Below, piece after piece: positions 13,714 through 28,101 of a stretch of DNA of 64,000 bases. A program made the position numbers and the translations under genes. The stretch's first letter is position 1. Every line of letters starts with the position of its first letter. Under the pieces are notes generated by a model, which did not search any database, had not been told where the DNA came from, and saw nothing but the letters and a program-made list of their open reading frames with translations. The DNA is from Negaprion brevirostris (taxonomy: Eukaryota): positions 84,009,376 through 84,073,375 of the forward strand of contig JARDVH010000073.1 of NCBI GenBank assembly GCA_030324005.1, written 5' to 3'.

Positions 13714-14723
13714 GGGGGCGATACTCCCATTGCGACCCACAACTTTTCTGGCGGGTTGGACTGAGAGATACGGGTCGTCGGCCTTTTTCCGGGATTTGCA
13801 CATGCGTCGGGAACACGTGCGCATCTCCCAGAGCTGGAGAACAGTCGGAGTCCAGAACACACTGGAAACCAGCGGGAAAAAAGGTAAGTGATTTGAATCT
13901 TTTTTAATATGTCTTGCATGTCATTATCGGAAACTTGCCGGGCCTGGTTGAATCTCCTCTCCCACCAGGAGTATTTCATTTTGGTTCAGAGCAGCTCCCC
14001 GCGCTCAGGGAACTTGCGGGAGACCCTTCTGAAATGAAAGGGGGGACGATCAGGGCCCCACAAGGGGTCCGACAGAAGGGGGTGGTGCCCCCTGGGAATG
14101 GGCATCCTGGCAGTGCCAGCCGGTGCCTCCGGCACTGCCCAAGGAGCAAAGTANNNNNNNNNNNNNNNNNNNNNNNNNNNNNNNNNNNNNNNNNNNNNNN
14201 NNNNNNNNNNNNNNNNNNNNNNNNNNNNNNNNNNNNNNNNNNNNNNNNNNNNNNNNNNNNNNNNNNNNNNNNNNNNNNNNNNNNNNNNNNNNNNNNNNNN
14301 NNNNNNNNNNNNNNNNNNNNNNNNNNNNNNNNNNNNNNNNNNNNNNNNNNNNNNNNNNNNNNNNNNNNNNNNNNNNNNNNNNNNNNNNNNNNNNNNNNNN
14401 NNNNNNNNNNNNNNNNNNNNNNNNNNNNNNNNNNNNNNNNNNNNNNNNNNNNNNNNNNNNNNNNNNNNNNNNNNNNNNNNNNNNNNNNNNNNNNNNNNNN
14501 NNNNNNNNNNNNNNNNNNNNNNNNNNNNNNNNNNNNNNNNNNNNNNNNNNNNNNNNNNNNNNNNNNNNNNNNNNNNNNNNNNNNNNNNNNNNNNNNNNAT
14601 TCCCGATTGTGATCTCTACAGTGCACAGAGTGGGGAGATTCCAGTCTAAAACTGCACTGAAAGAAACAGTCGCAATCTCAAACAGTTTTCCCACCAATTC
14701 AGCACTTCTGGGAGAATAGTCCC
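13714..14723 (+). mobile_element. About 1-kb non-autonomous TIR element (Harbinger-like); second copy at 60802-61825
   Basis: Termini GGGGCGATACTCCC / GGGAGAATAGTCCC. Both ends align with 60802-61825 (ctcccattgc.acccac/taa.ttttctggc; aacagttttcccaccaattcagcactt). Confidence 0.7.
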
Positions 14724-17700
14724 ATAAAGTTGAGATATGTGAGTCAGGACCCTGTGGAAGTCCTGACACACACTCTGGGCAGTTTAAAATTCTGATGAAG
14801 ACAAAACAGACAAGACTTTTGAAAATTTAAGAAATAAGAAATTCCCTGAGTCGACTGTCATAGTTCAAGAAGGTAGCCCACCTTCACCTTCTTAAGGGCA
14901 ATAGGAATAGACACTAAGTGCTGGCCTAGCCAGAAATGCCCATATCTGATGAATGAATAAATTTAAACATAATAATTTCCGGGACAGTCAGCAGACTAAG
15001 GGAAGAGATTTTAAAAGGAAAACAAGGCCTTATGAAGCAGGATGCATGCTTAAAAGCCAGGAGGAATGTGGGATTTAAGCTACAAGGTTACATATCCCCC
15101 GAGAACATGACGTAACATACAAATGGGTAATAAACTGTTTTTGATTGAGTTAATTAGTTAATGGAGATATACCTTCTATGCAATTTGGTAAATTAATTGC
15201 CTATTAAGTAATTTTTAGCCAATATTAATTTCAATTTATTTGTTTCAGTAAATGTCTTAAAATGCAAAATCTTGTGCAATTCTTTCTGTTGGTCATTGGG
15301 AAATCCATATCTCTTTTCAAAAATTATCAGTCTCTACAGGTATTGGAACGCTAATCTCTGGACTTGCCTCCGGAAGCTGGAGCGGAGGGGGATGTTGGAG
15401 GCCAGAGGGTGCATTAAATATCACCAAAGCTCTGCTGAGTGCAGTGCTCCTCCAGAGTTGTCCAGAGCAGGAATGCCTTTTTGAATTTCCCAGTAGTCTA
15501 CTCAATCACATTTTGTCTGGTGAAAATAGTTTGGAGGCAACTATGAGGGCTGCCAAGTGCCAAGGCAGCCTGCTTAAATGTCTCATCCTGGTGTTCTGGG
15601 AATTTGCCCCAGTCATTTTAGTTAATATTTGGCACTCTAGCCAGAACTCATCACAATTTCTCACCATTTACCCTTCCCATGGTCCATTCATGTCAACTCA
15701 TGCCCCTCTATCAACCCCCAGTAGTCTTTGGATGTCTAGCTTTGTTAGGTTGTCAGAAGTGCTGTCTTTCAAATGAAACATTAAAGCATGTCTGTCCTAT
15801 TATGTTGATGTAAACGGTCTGACAGCAATATTTTAAAAAGCAGGAGAGTTTTCTACATCATCCAATATTTATTGTTCAATCAAAATCATTAAAAGCAGAT
15901 TATCTGGTTATTATATTGTTATCTCACTGGGTACTCAGAGTTCACAGAAGCATTACCATGTTTCCTATATTACCAAGTTACTACGCTTCAAATTAGAGGT
16001 AAAATTTTTTTGCTTTCCTTAGTGGCGGATGTAATTGCAGATGGGAGGAGAAAATATTGTACGAGTGCAAAAGCCAGATTTATAGCAGCATGAAAATAGG
16101 TTGCGATTATCTGGTCCAGACTTCCATGATGGTCTGCACTTCCTGTGGCACCATGTAAGGAATGGCATTTGAATATCATGAATGTTCATTTTGAAAGCAG
16201 CTTTGACACAAACACATCATACAGGTGTGCTCAAGATATTCCTACCACTGCACATGAAGGAGCTCATAAGGACAATCTTCAGACACCTAACTGCAACAAA
16301 AGAACATTCCTCCTCTTTGACACGATCATTTTCCCCGAAAGCAGCCATGGCCCTAACTCATCAGAAAAATCAGATAGACCATGGAGCTCTCAAGATTCAG
16401 CATCACTGGGGGCCACTTCTCTGTTCCAGCAGTCCTGGGCTGCAGGCACGGAGAAGACTGTGTGTGGGTATGGTTTGAATGTGGCAGATAATACAATGAT
16501 CTGCCTAGGTGGGGCTGCTAAACCACAGACCATCTGCCCACGATACAACGATTTAATGAGGTGACAAGCATATTATCAGGCATGAAAACCCGCTGTTGTG
16601 GCCAATGGGAAAAATATTGCTCTTCCTGCCCGACACCATGCTTAGTCCATAGAGTGGAAAATTCCACCCAGAATTTCATTGGTTGCTAAGCACCTTGGAT
16701 TGATCGGGGCCATGAAAGGAATTTTATAAATAGAAGGTTTATCCTCTTTTGACACCATAATCAAAGTGATGACCTGACTTCTACTTATGCTCATAGTTTA
16801 TGTTTAATATTACAGTGATAATAAATGATGTATGACATAATATTCATGGTATAAGCATCAGTGTTTGAATGTGATATTGTGCATGAGCTGAAAACGGACA
16901 GAATTAGTCAGCATGGGGATACATGAATTTCCTTTTATCTGTCAGTAGTATAGAGGTTCAGTTAACCGAATGCAATTATCCATTTCTTGGTTTTATTGTC
17001 ACCTCGGGCATTAATAATCATAATTTAACTGCATACCATTCAACAGAATGTCAACAAATGCTCAGATTAACGTTGGAGGAATCACTCCTTACAGTAACTT
17101 TGTGTTAACCTCAAGGATGCAGCCTGCACAACCAGTTGCANNNNNNNNNNNNNNNNNNNNNNNNNNNNNNNNNNNNNNNNNNNNNNNNNNNNNNNNNCCT
17201 TAAGTAGTAATTCTATAACCTAAACTAAATGTGGCAGACATTTTATACTGCAGCTTGGAGTAGACCAGCATTCTTCCCTGATTTTGATAATACACTATGG
17301 TCAATAATCCTGCAACTGGGACATAAGATAGAGTATAAACTTTGTTATTGGTTCACTGAATGCAGAGGCATCAATGTATACAGCATGGAAAATGGCAGGC
17401 CTTGCATAATGATATGAAGAATTCCACAACTTGTATTGAATTGAACACTTTATGTAGTGAATCATATTTTAGATTTGCTTCCAAAGCAATGTAATAATGA
17501 TTTTGCTCTCTAGTAATCCCAACAGAATATTCCTTCTAGGCTTTGATTTATATTATCAAGAAAACAGAGTAATTACTGCCTGTTTATATTGTTTTCTTTT
17601 GTATTATTTTACACTCAAAGGGCTGAATTTTACATGCTCCTCGGTGTGTTTCCCACAGGTGAGGCACACGAAATAGGTCGGGCACCGATCCCCCCATCTT

Positions 17701-20700
17701 CCCACCCACCCCAAAGCTCAGCCAAAATAAGAAGGGTGAGCAGACACCAAAACTGGCAGCCCTTACAAAATACTTAAATAAGAACTGAAGGATCAATTAG
17801 GCTTGTTCGTAAGCTTGTTCACTATGATAATAAGGCCCATGCCTTAAAAGAGTGGACAGCCAGGTGGGAGCAGGCAGCCCTATTTTATTCCCGAGATAGT
17901 TAACGGGCAGGAAGAAATTGAGATTGGGGGGTGGATGGGGGGAGGGGNNNNNNNNNNNNNNNNNNNNNNNNNNNNNNNNNNNNNNNNNNNNNNNNNNNNN
18001 NNNNNNNNNNNNNNNNNNNNNNNNNNNNNNNNNNNNNNNNNNNNNNNGGGAGGGGTGGGGTTGGGGGAGTGGGGGAGTTGCACTTAGGACTTCCCTTTGC
18101 TGACTGTGGGCTCGTCCACCTAAGATCAAACCTCCCTGTTCCTTCCTATACCCTCCCTCTCTTAAACACAGCCCTTCTCCCTAACATACCCTAATCTTCC
18201 CAACCCAAGATCCCAGACTTTCCTGTTCTTTGTATCCATCTTCTCCTTCTGCTGCAGTGCTGGCAGCAGCCTTCTCGCACTGCTAGGACTGATAGAGCTG
18301 CTTGCTCCAGAGGGCAAGACTTCTGTCCAAGTGAGGGGCAGAGGTCCCACTCAGTCCTCGTTAATCAGCCTTGCAGCACTTTACTGCTGCAGGATGGGTC
18401 AGTCTGGAACATGTCGGCAACACTTCTGGAAGGACATGCCATCCACCCACCCACATCCCCTCCAAACTACTCCTGCATCAACATTGTATTGGGTTTGCTC
18501 AAGGTGACAGGCATGAAGCAACCAGGCTAACCTGGAGAATATGAGAACAACAGACTGACCTTAGAGAGGAAATAAACCTTGTCAGCCTATTGTATTCCTC
18601 AGTGCAGTATCTTTCCTTATTTTTCAAGCGGTCACATTGGCAGCTAGAAAGATACTGGACTTCCCAAACATATATGACTATTTCAATATCTTACTATAAT
18701 CCTAAATATAAATCTATTGATCTTCACAGAATTTGTTCATGGAGCACTGGTGTCAAGTCCTGAAATGGCATCTAGTCCACTGAGTGGAACAGTGCTCTTT
18801 CTATGTATCCATTCTGTTACTTGCCACCTTGAAAAGAGATCATTTTGATCCATAGCTATGTCATGCTAAATTCCTGGTCCTCTCCAAATGCCTTGACCCA
18901 GTATTTTATAATGTGTGTTTTGTTACTGTAATTAAAATGTAACGACAGACAAATAAGAGATTCATGATCACTGGTGCATATCTTGTGCTACAACTGCCAA
19001 CTAGGCACTCATCAGCAGTGCTCTCTTGAAATAATTCATGAATGACTGTAAGGGCTAACAGGTGGATGATCTGTCTCCCCTAATATTCTAAGACAATGCA
19101 CTGGACTCTCAATATTCTTTCAAGTTAGTTTTAATGCAGCCAGTATTGAACATGAACGCCATTAATTTCTCAAAGGATTCTCTCAATTGTCTCCCATAAA
19201 TTTGGCAGAATCCTCAGAGAAATGGCATAAACCCAGCTGTACTGAGTCTCTGCCATTTCCAACAGTTTCATCAATAAATTGTAAGGGGCATAAATTTCAT
19301 TAACTTCTTATATGATGGCCAGGGCACAGAGCCAGTGGTAAGAACTCCAAAAATCACCTGTGGCCATATTGACAATTTTCAAAATGTAATTGTTTACTCC
19401 AGTGAATAGTTATTATCATACCTTTGAATAAGGCATTAAAAGTGCAAGGTTGTAATGATCTTCTCCTTCATTGGAAGGACAATTCCCAAAATCTAGGTTT
19501 GTGCTTCCCTGATTAAACATAGCCAGTTTCCTAAGAAATTTTGCACATATAGCTTTGAGGGTAAGGTTGGGGGTCTGCAGTTCATGTAAATGAACTTGCC
19601 TTACATCATTCCTTTCATATTTCCGCTGCCCCTCCCCCCCACTTTAAACGATATGCTATATTAATGAATATCTACTGGTATGTCTCTTTCCAGAATGTTA
19701 GTTACATCAAAGAATGATCTTGTTAACTTTTGGATAGAAACATTCAGAGAGTAAAAGTGAAAAAAACCCTAGAATAATTGAAAAATTAATCTTTAGTAGT
19801 CCTAAAACTAGCGTTCAGTTTAATTCATGTTAAAATTAAAACACTGTCATGTTTACCTAGCCCTCACCATTTGGAATATCCACTTCTCAAATTTCCTGTC
19901 GCTTTTAAACACAACATACCAGCAAAGAGGGAGAGAAAAGGGCAACCTTACAAATAGCATAATGATCATAGATCATAGTTTTAATAGTGATGACATAGGT
20001 AATGCCAACATGTATTGCTTAACTATCATAGTTTATCATTGTCGGTGCAGGTATGTCAGATGTACAACGTAAATTTGTATACCTTTAATTGACTCATCTC
20101 GAGCTATTTATATGGCCTCAGGTGTATTATATTTTAAGGATAATCATTCCGAACCCTGGTATCTAGGTGCAATCATTGAAGCTAAGTTTATTGTTAAGAT
20201 ATATGGGGCAGAATTTTCCCGTCCAGCCCACCACAGAAATCATAGCAGGTGGCGGTTTTTTTGNNNNNNNNNNNNNNNNNNNNNNNNNNNNNNNNNNNNN
20301 NNNNNNNNNNNNNNNNNNNNNNNNNNNNNNNNNNNNNNNNNNNNNNNNNNNNNNNNNNNNNNNNNNNNNNNNNNNNNNNNNNNNNNNNNNNNNNNNNNNN
20401 NNNNNNNNNNNNNNNNNNNNNNNNNNNNNNNNNNNNNNNNNNNNNNNNNNNNNNNNNNNNNNNNNNNNNNNNNNNNNNNNNNNNNNNNNNNNNNNNNNNN
20501 NNNNNGTTTCTATTTGTGCATTATAATTTCAAACGTACAATGTTTAGATTATTTTAATTGCAACTGTAATCCAATACACACCAGCAAACACAGCAATGTT
20601 CAATTTCTATTGATTATCAACACAGGAAAACAGAGGACTCAGATCTTCCAATCTGTGGATTGTTGTACCTTGGAGGATGTGCTGGAGAACCCTCAGAAGT

Positions 20701-21938
20701 TCCAACACAAAGGACTCTGTGGGAATTGTCTGCAAAGTTTCAATTTCCATTAGGCAACTATCCTGCCTCTGAAACTGAGTTGAATTCGCAGACTTTGGAT
20801 GGTTCAGATGCACTTAGCAGAATAGTTTCCCGGAAAAAGTCAGAAGGATTTAGACAGTCCTAACTCCTTGATAACTCTACTGCTGCAAACCCACCTCTCA
20901 TTCCCATTGACCAACTGACTATCTGACCATCCTCCAGACCATCCTGACTACCAACATCATCAACCACGCCTATCCCTGACTACTCAACCAACCATCAACC
21001 CTGACTACTCCCACACCAACCACCACTCTACCCCCTGATGACCCCCAACCAACACCCAACAATGCTTCGACTTTTTCTAACCATCCAGCCCCACACCCAT
21101 CCACCTGCCATCCTATCCCCACACTCACCCAACTGCCATCCTACCCCCTCACCTTCTTTCAGTAGCTTGTTAAACTGAGTTTGGCACCTTTAAACTTACC
21201 AGAATACGGCAGAGGGATATGGTTTAGCTTCCCCCAGGGAAGGATTCCAGGGGCAGGAGGCCTGGCTTGGAAGTCCAAATGAAAATGTACAACTTGGGTG
21301 CAAGGTAAATAAAGAACAGTAGAACGGCATTCTGACAGTGACTGCCACTCCTCAGAAGATTTAGCCGAGGATCAGAAAACCAAAACAGAATCGTAGTATA
21401 ATAATGAAGACACAAGACAAGTTAAAAGGCTTCCCTCCTGGAACTCATTACCTCAGATACAGTACACAGCATTTCAGTATGAAAATTGGTTTAAAAAGTA
21501 GTAAATCTCTGCATTGAATTTGGTATATTTGCAATTTAGTGTAGCGTCTTTGCAATTTTAAGAGCGTGCTGCCAACAAGTTTTCCTAATATTAACATATA
21601 TATCTGGGAAGCTGAGTCCTATGAATGCAGGAGAAGCTCTCCCTTGGCAGACTGACAGTGTTATTACTTTGAGTTTATTTGGTCTGTTGCACACACATAT
21701 ATCATCAGCCTTAGACAAAATTATTGCCCACTCCCCTTCTGACATCTTCTGATCTGCTGCTTTCAATGAGGTTTCCCATTGCTTGCACTCTCCATCATCG
21801 GGGAACCTATGTCGGCAGGACCAGCTGTAAAGTCCCACCCATAGTAACATAATTAGCACTGTCTTTAGTCTTACTGATTAACTATACATTCTTGGCATGC
21901 ATCACTTATTTAATATTGCTGAAATAATGGTTACTTAC

Positions 21939-22104
21939 CCAGATGGGCAAACACATCCTGACTGACATGGCATGGATTCCGGGCATGAAATGTTTAAGAG
22001 TAGATTTTCACAGGTATCTCTACACCCTGCTCCTACACTTGCATCAAAACCACTCACTGGAGCACTGCAGTTGAAGTATATTTGCTCAGGACCACATTGA
22101 GAAC
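21939..22104 (-). CDS. otog: otogelin exon (166 nt), TIL': GSQCGPEQIYFNCSAPVSGFDASVGAGCRDTCENLLLNISCPESMPCQSGCVCPS(G)
   Basis: Acceptor tctacag, donor gtaagt; phase 1 to 2; TCE.LLLN and PC.SGCVCP.G motifs. Confidence 0.93.
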
Positions 22105-24499
22105 CTGTAGATTAGGAAAATGGTTAATAATATTGTGAACAACTATAACCATAAACTGGCATGCTCAGGACAGAAGCCATGCCAGGTTTCAGATATTGCC
22201 AGATTTTGGGTTGAGCAGTTTGGGCCAAGGGCACTACGGGCTAAACTAGATCGGGTGGGCTCAACGGTCACTTAACGTGCAGCTATAGAAGGGCATGCAA
22301 GCAGCGAAGTGGAGAACTAGTTCGGCGCCACATTGAACAAATGAAGCGTCTAACTGAATTGTCTAGCTCAGTTATTTTCTTCATTTTAATCAATTAAAAT
22401 TGATGCACTGCACATTATAAAATTGTCAGTTTTTTGGACAACTTTGGCTTTTGGATAGATTTGAGACAATTGCTGAAATTTTCCCATCCTTCCCGATGGT
22501 GGGATTGGAAAATAGCAATCCCCTATTCCACATTCCCCAGATGTAGAGGGTGCAGAGCTTACCGAACCCATCGGTGGAACTGGAAAATCCTATGGCGGGC
22601 CACCTCCACCACCGGAAAAACACCAGTATCCATATTAATTTTCACAATCAGTTCCAGAACTTTATGCAACATTTTTGATGGTAGTCTGCCATCATCTGAC
22701 CTCATCCATGCCAAAGACTTACCTTGCGCAGAATTGCAAATGTAGTCACAAATTGGTGAAAGTATTAGATTGGAAAAAATTGGCAAGAAAACAAGCTTTA
22801 CCAATTGGTTCCTTAAATTTCAGTTAAATATATTGGCAACACTGGTTTCAATGTTTTAAATAACTGTTTGCAGTAATTGGAACTTCCAAAATAATGGAAC
22901 TGAACAAGTCCTCAACGTATGTTCTGATCATTTTCTGAAATTCACTTGAAAATATTCTACCAATGAAGAAGTAGCTGTCAATTTCATTGGTGCACTGCAG
23001 TACCATTCCATGCTCAATTCCAAAAGAATACTAGGGATGATTTTATTACATTTATTTCTGCAATATTTTTGTAGTTCTCACCTAACTACAATTTACCAAC
23101 AATGTGGTTTCCAGTAGTGTTCTGGAGGTTAAATTTCCGTAATCTTCCAGTGGTGATATTATAAATTTCATGTTTCAGTAAGTAAATAATTTCACATTGC
23201 TTACTGTTCTCCGACTGTCATTTTTTTCATGAAAAAGGGGAAAAATATACTTGCAAGGCCAACAGCACAGTTAATTCAAATTCGAATTTATTGAATGAAA
23301 TAACACAGCTAGAAATTCAGGTATAAAATAAAGTTTATTTATTAGTCACAAGTAAGCTTATATTAACACTGCAATGAAGTTACTGTGAAAATCTCCCAGT
23401 TGCCACACTCCGGCGCCTATTCGGGTACAGTGAGGGAGAAGCTAGCTTGGCCAATGCACCTAACCAGCACATCTGGTTATAAATTTAAAAAACTAATATA
23501 AAAAACTAATATAAATTTAGTGTTGGTGACATTAGTGGATCTATATAAATAATTAATAAAATCATTTATTCACTTTTATGAGAGTTTTATGTCTATTTCA
23601 TTACATCCATTGATTTTTCACTAGCATGGTATACGCTTGAGGTATATTCTATTCCATGTCACAAACTGTATATTATCTCTTTCCATGTACAACATTGGTA
23701 TTACACTTTTATTTTAAGATGGCAAGGACTACATTTAAGGCTGCAACACATTTTCAGCTTTGCATTTCTGTCAAAATTGGTTTAGTTTAATTGCGGTTTC
23801 ATCTGAACTTCCTCCTTGAAGTATGAGCCATCTGTTATTCTTTATTAAATGATCTTGGTTCTCTGCAGTATATGGAGAAACATATCAGAGTATTAGTACT
23901 GCTCATAGCAAATGGAGCATTCCTACATCTGTTTAGGTAAGAAGATTTGGCATTAAGATGAAAAATATTACAGTAAGAAAAAGCAGAGAAATGATAAATC
24001 CCTGTTATGAGAAAAGGCAAAATACTGCAGGTACTAGAAAGCTGAAATAAAAACAGGAAATGCTGGAAAAATGCAACAAGTCAATCAGCATTTGTGGAGA
24101 AAACAGATAAATTAACACCTTGGATATGATCCACTTCTTCCAAACTGCAAAAAATGTTTTCAACTCTACAATACAAATTTGTTACATTTCTTATTTGCAA
24201 TAACAAATATAAAATCTGAGATGAATTTGTTAACTATGCCAAGCTTCTTCCTTGGTATTTATGATGGAATTTTATGGCCTCATTGTGCCTGTTTTGTGGT
24301 GGGAAAATGTTGTAAAATTGGGCATAATAAGACTAGTAGGAATGGTGTCCGTTTTCATTTTACCAAGAAAAAAGTAATCGGCACGATTGGGACCTTGCCC
24401 AAAACAGGTGATACGTCAATTTATATTTTTTTGCATTCATCACAATGTAATTAGCGAGCTTCACTCCCAATCATCCCAGATCATCTGCCTTAATGAATT

Positions 24500-26250
24500 C
24501 ATTCGCTGCAGCTGGATTGGTCTTCCGCAGTGAGCTCCAGAAGTTCTGGTGTCACCTGGCCCTGCGAGTCCTGAAGGACACCGGCGTTCTTGCGATGGCC
24601 TTGAGTCAGAGGCCACCTGTCAACGACAGCAGCAAGTGCCCTTTGAGGCTGGGCCACACTCTGCAGCCCCTCAACCATGACCTTCTGTGACTGAGCCACG
24701 TTCTCAAGGGCTGCTACCATTGCCCACTATGTCTCAGCACTATCCCACTGGGTCTCCTGCAAGCTCTCGAGTCTCTNNNNNNNGGACCACAGAATCTTGA
24801 GAATCTTGAGGCCCTCAGCTGTGGTCTGCTGTGACTCGGCCATGGCCCTCTGGGACTCTGCCGTGGTCTGCTGTGACTTGGTCATCGCTTGGACCTTGCC
24901 TCTCATGGTGAGGATTTTCTGCTCCAGGCTTCACACTGCAGATGCCAGCCTTGCAGTGTGGACCTGGGAACCAGGCCAACCACACAAGACAGGCAGTAAC
25001 TGGTCCATCTGAAAGCTTTGCAACTCCTCCCAAAAAGCCTCATAGTCAAACCAGTGTTGCTTTCAGCCCCTCCTGCAATATGTGGTTCTGTTGCTGCATC
25101 TCCAGCAGCTAAGGGATAAGTGACCATAGAGATCCAGCATGTAGCATAGTTGAGTCCTCAACTCCAGCATGCCCCTGTGTGCCAGAGATCTCACACATCC
25201 CCTCCTCCATCTGATGCACATCAGGAGATGTGTCGTGTGCACCCAGATAGTGACTCAGATGCCTCACCACTAACTTGACCCACCAATGTGAGAATCTGGT
25301 GAGTTGTGAGGTGGAAGCTGATGTAAAACTGGTGCGGCCTCGGAGCTCCCTTCATTAGCCTCCTCTGAGGAGTCTTCTGAACTGTCAGGGGCAGGATGAA
25401 TGGGAGCAGCAATGGGAGCAATGATGCCAGATGGCCCAGATACATCAGGGTCCCTCCCTGCAACTTAGAACACAAGGTTAAGTGCAAGGGAGAGAGAGGA
25501 ATCTGGGCTGCATGCAACTTACTTGAGATTTCTCCAACAAGTGCTCACTTCTATGCTCCAGCCTTACCACGTTGTCATTAATGGTCTGCATCCCCTCCAC
25601 TTTCACAAGCTCCAGTGCCCCCTCCTCAAAGGGGGTGAGGATCCAGATTTCAGGCACACAACCCCCTGTCTTCTCCCTCTCTGATGATAATGAGTATTCT
25701 TCACTTGTGGGGACAGAAGATGTCACGTAAAATCTGATGGCACGAGTGCTGCAGGGTTTCAGGGGGTAGCCCTCAGAGGGCAAGGATTCTGATACTCTTG
25801 GGGGAGCAGAAGGCAGGTGTCTGAGAGTCGGGGGCTGAAAGCATGCAGAATTCTGGGGAGGGGGGCAACTGAAGTCCACGTAGAGGGAAGATGCAAAATG
25901 AGGTGAAACGCTCACCCGTGCTACCCGAATTAGATCATACAGTTTTTGCAGCACTGCTTCCCAGTTCTCCTGGCCAGTGCTCTGGCACTAATGCACGCTG
26001 CCAGCATCTCCCAGGCTGCATTGCTATCTCTTCCTTTGGGATGACGTCCTGTTGGAGAGAAAAAGGGTATCCGGCCTTGCCTCCAATGCCACCAGCAGAA
26101 ACCCCTCGAAAGCTTGTGGGTTTACTATCAAATAAATCGGTTGGACTAAAACCTGGTGTTGGCAGACTTTTTATTGTGTGTACCAGCAACGTGGCCAGAC
26201 CAGCATCCGAAAAACAGGGAGCTGTCTTCCTGGAAGCCATTTCATCCTGC
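24500..26250 (-). mobile_element. PIF/Harbinger relic: degenerate, intron-containing Myb/SANT-like gene
   Basis: MASRKTAPCFSDAGLATLL|LLVALEARPDTLF..AAWEMLAACISARALARRTGKQCCK.LYDLIRVAR followed by a gtgagc donor. Next segment: EREKTGGCVPEIWILTPFEEGALEL. Downstream heptad-like segment: MVAALENVAQSQKVMVEGLQSVAQ. Confidence 0.75.
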
Positions 26251-26253
26251 ACT

Positions 26254-26553
26254 GGCTATACAGTGGCACAGTGGTTAGCACTGCTGCATCACAGTGCCAG
26301 GGACTCAGGTTCAATTCTTGGCTTGGGTCACTATGTGGAATCTGCACGTTCTCCCTATGTCTGCATGGGTTTCCTCCAGATGCTCCAGTCTCCTCTCACA
26401 GTCAGAAAGAGATGCTGGTTAGATACATTGGCCATGCTAAATTGTCCCTCAGTGTATTTGAACAGTACTGGAGTGTGGCGACCAGGGAATTTTCAGAGTA
26501 AGTTCTTTGCAGTGTTAATGTAAGCCTACTTGTGATACTAATAAATAAACTTT
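26254..26553 (+). mobile_element. V-SINE copy with alternative tail
   Basis: gtggcacagtggttagcactgctg (A box), ggttcaattc (B box); tail gtaagcctacttgtgatactaataaataaac. Confidence 0.88.
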
Positions 26554-28057
26554 ATTTTTTCTTTTTACTTTACTGGCTGTCCAGCATTGGGGTTTTATGG
26601 AACTGTCTCTTGTTAGGGCAGATCAGCTGCAGGCAGTTTGGGCGAATCACATGCCCATTAGAGAATTCCAGTGAGTTTAATGCAGTTTGTCTTGTTACCA
26701 TGGAGGAGAAGCCAAATCATCNNNNNNNNNNNNNNNNNNNNNNNNNNNNNNNNNNNNNNNNNNNNNNNNNNNNNNNNNNNNNNNNNNNNNNNNNNNNNNN
26801 NNNNNNNNNNNNNNNNNNNNNNNNNNNNNNNNNNNNNNNNNNNNNNNNNNNNNNNNNNNNNNNNNNNNNNNNNNNNCACTTTTCTTACACAAGCGCAGTT
26901 TATGGCTCTGATCTGAGCTGCTGGTTGGCTGGTGAATTAGGCCCCGCCCACTGCTTCAAGTAGCTGGAAATGGTCTAGCCCATACTTTTAAAAACTGAGT
27001 GCATTTGATTGGGCGTGAAAACTTGCCCATAAAACAGATCAGGAACTCTCCTGTTTTCATGCTAGCAGAACAATTACAAAAAAGCTCATAGAATTATGTC
27101 CAATATGTACTAATATCCAACATTTCATATGTCATATTTTTTCATATATATGCTCTGAGGCAAATGATAATTAGCTGGATTTAATATATCTGTCACAGCG
27201 AGACTCGTGGGAGACAAGTCAGTCCCGCACCAGTGAGAAAAACCTCATGATTAAGCTGGAGGCAGGAATGGGACTATGGGAGAATCTTAACTGCTCACAG
27301 TGGATTATTGATTAATTATTGAATAAGCTGACATCAACTATCCTTGAGCACTCTGGAATGAAATGGTGTCTCAGGAATTACATGTGAATGACTTGATTTT
27401 CCCATGATTCCAGAAGGCTGCCAGGTAAAAAGGTACCTAATGCCACAGTAAGAGACCCAGCAGCATGGTGAGAGTCTGGATGCTGAAAGCCAACTACTCA
27501 CTGCCTTGGCTTCCAGCCCCACTGTTCCCCATCTCTCAAGACCTCCTTTTCACAAATCCCATCCTGCACTTTGTTGTGGTCCATGTTCCTCAGTGATCCC
27601 TGGCCTCTTTCTGGGTTCATTATCAGTAGCAGACATTGCTCCTTGTGGTGCTGCCTGAAATGGAGGGCCGCTAACCTCTGATTAGCTCTAGCAGCTCTCA
27701 GTGCACTGGATTACTGACTCTGGGGTCCTAAATCCTGGTGAAGGCCTAACGCTGACTAGTTAAGTGCTTGATCCCATTGAACCTGCCCCTCTGTGTCATT
27801 GCAGGTTTACCACTATTTTTCTAACCGGGGTGGAACCTGCGTTAATTATACTACATTCCACCAATGTTTCTTTTCATAAAACAGATGACCGGGAGCAGAA
27901 TAGGAGATGAGTTTTGGAAAACAGGTAAGTTTTGCAAATTAACCTTTGTAATAAAATTTTAAATACCAAATATATTCTTGGCTCATTAATCATTCTTGGC
28001 AAATGTCTAATCTTTCAACACAGAATAAACATTAATCGTCCCAGATCTAGAACTTAC

Positions 28058-28101
28058 CAAGTTTTTGAGTCTGGAGCTGCATGACACCTTCAGAACAAAT
28101 C
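28058..28101 (-). CDS. otog: otogelin small exon (44 nt), E2 end: (W)ICSEGVMQLQTQKL
   Basis: Acceptor attttcag, donor gtaagt; phase 2 to 1, exactly bridging the two neighbouring exons; xCxxGVM motif. Two expected cysteines are absent (see findings). Confidence 0.8.

Noticed and set aside
19422-19508. Minus-strand cag...AAG|gtatga segment of 87 nt as a candidate next otog exon
   Set aside because: It hits a stop codon in the required phase, and the open phase has no otogelin-like cysteine pattern.
25891-26523. 210-aa plus-strand ORF
   Set aside because: It is a chance read-through of antisense Harbinger, Penelope-like and SINE sequence with no coherent domain.
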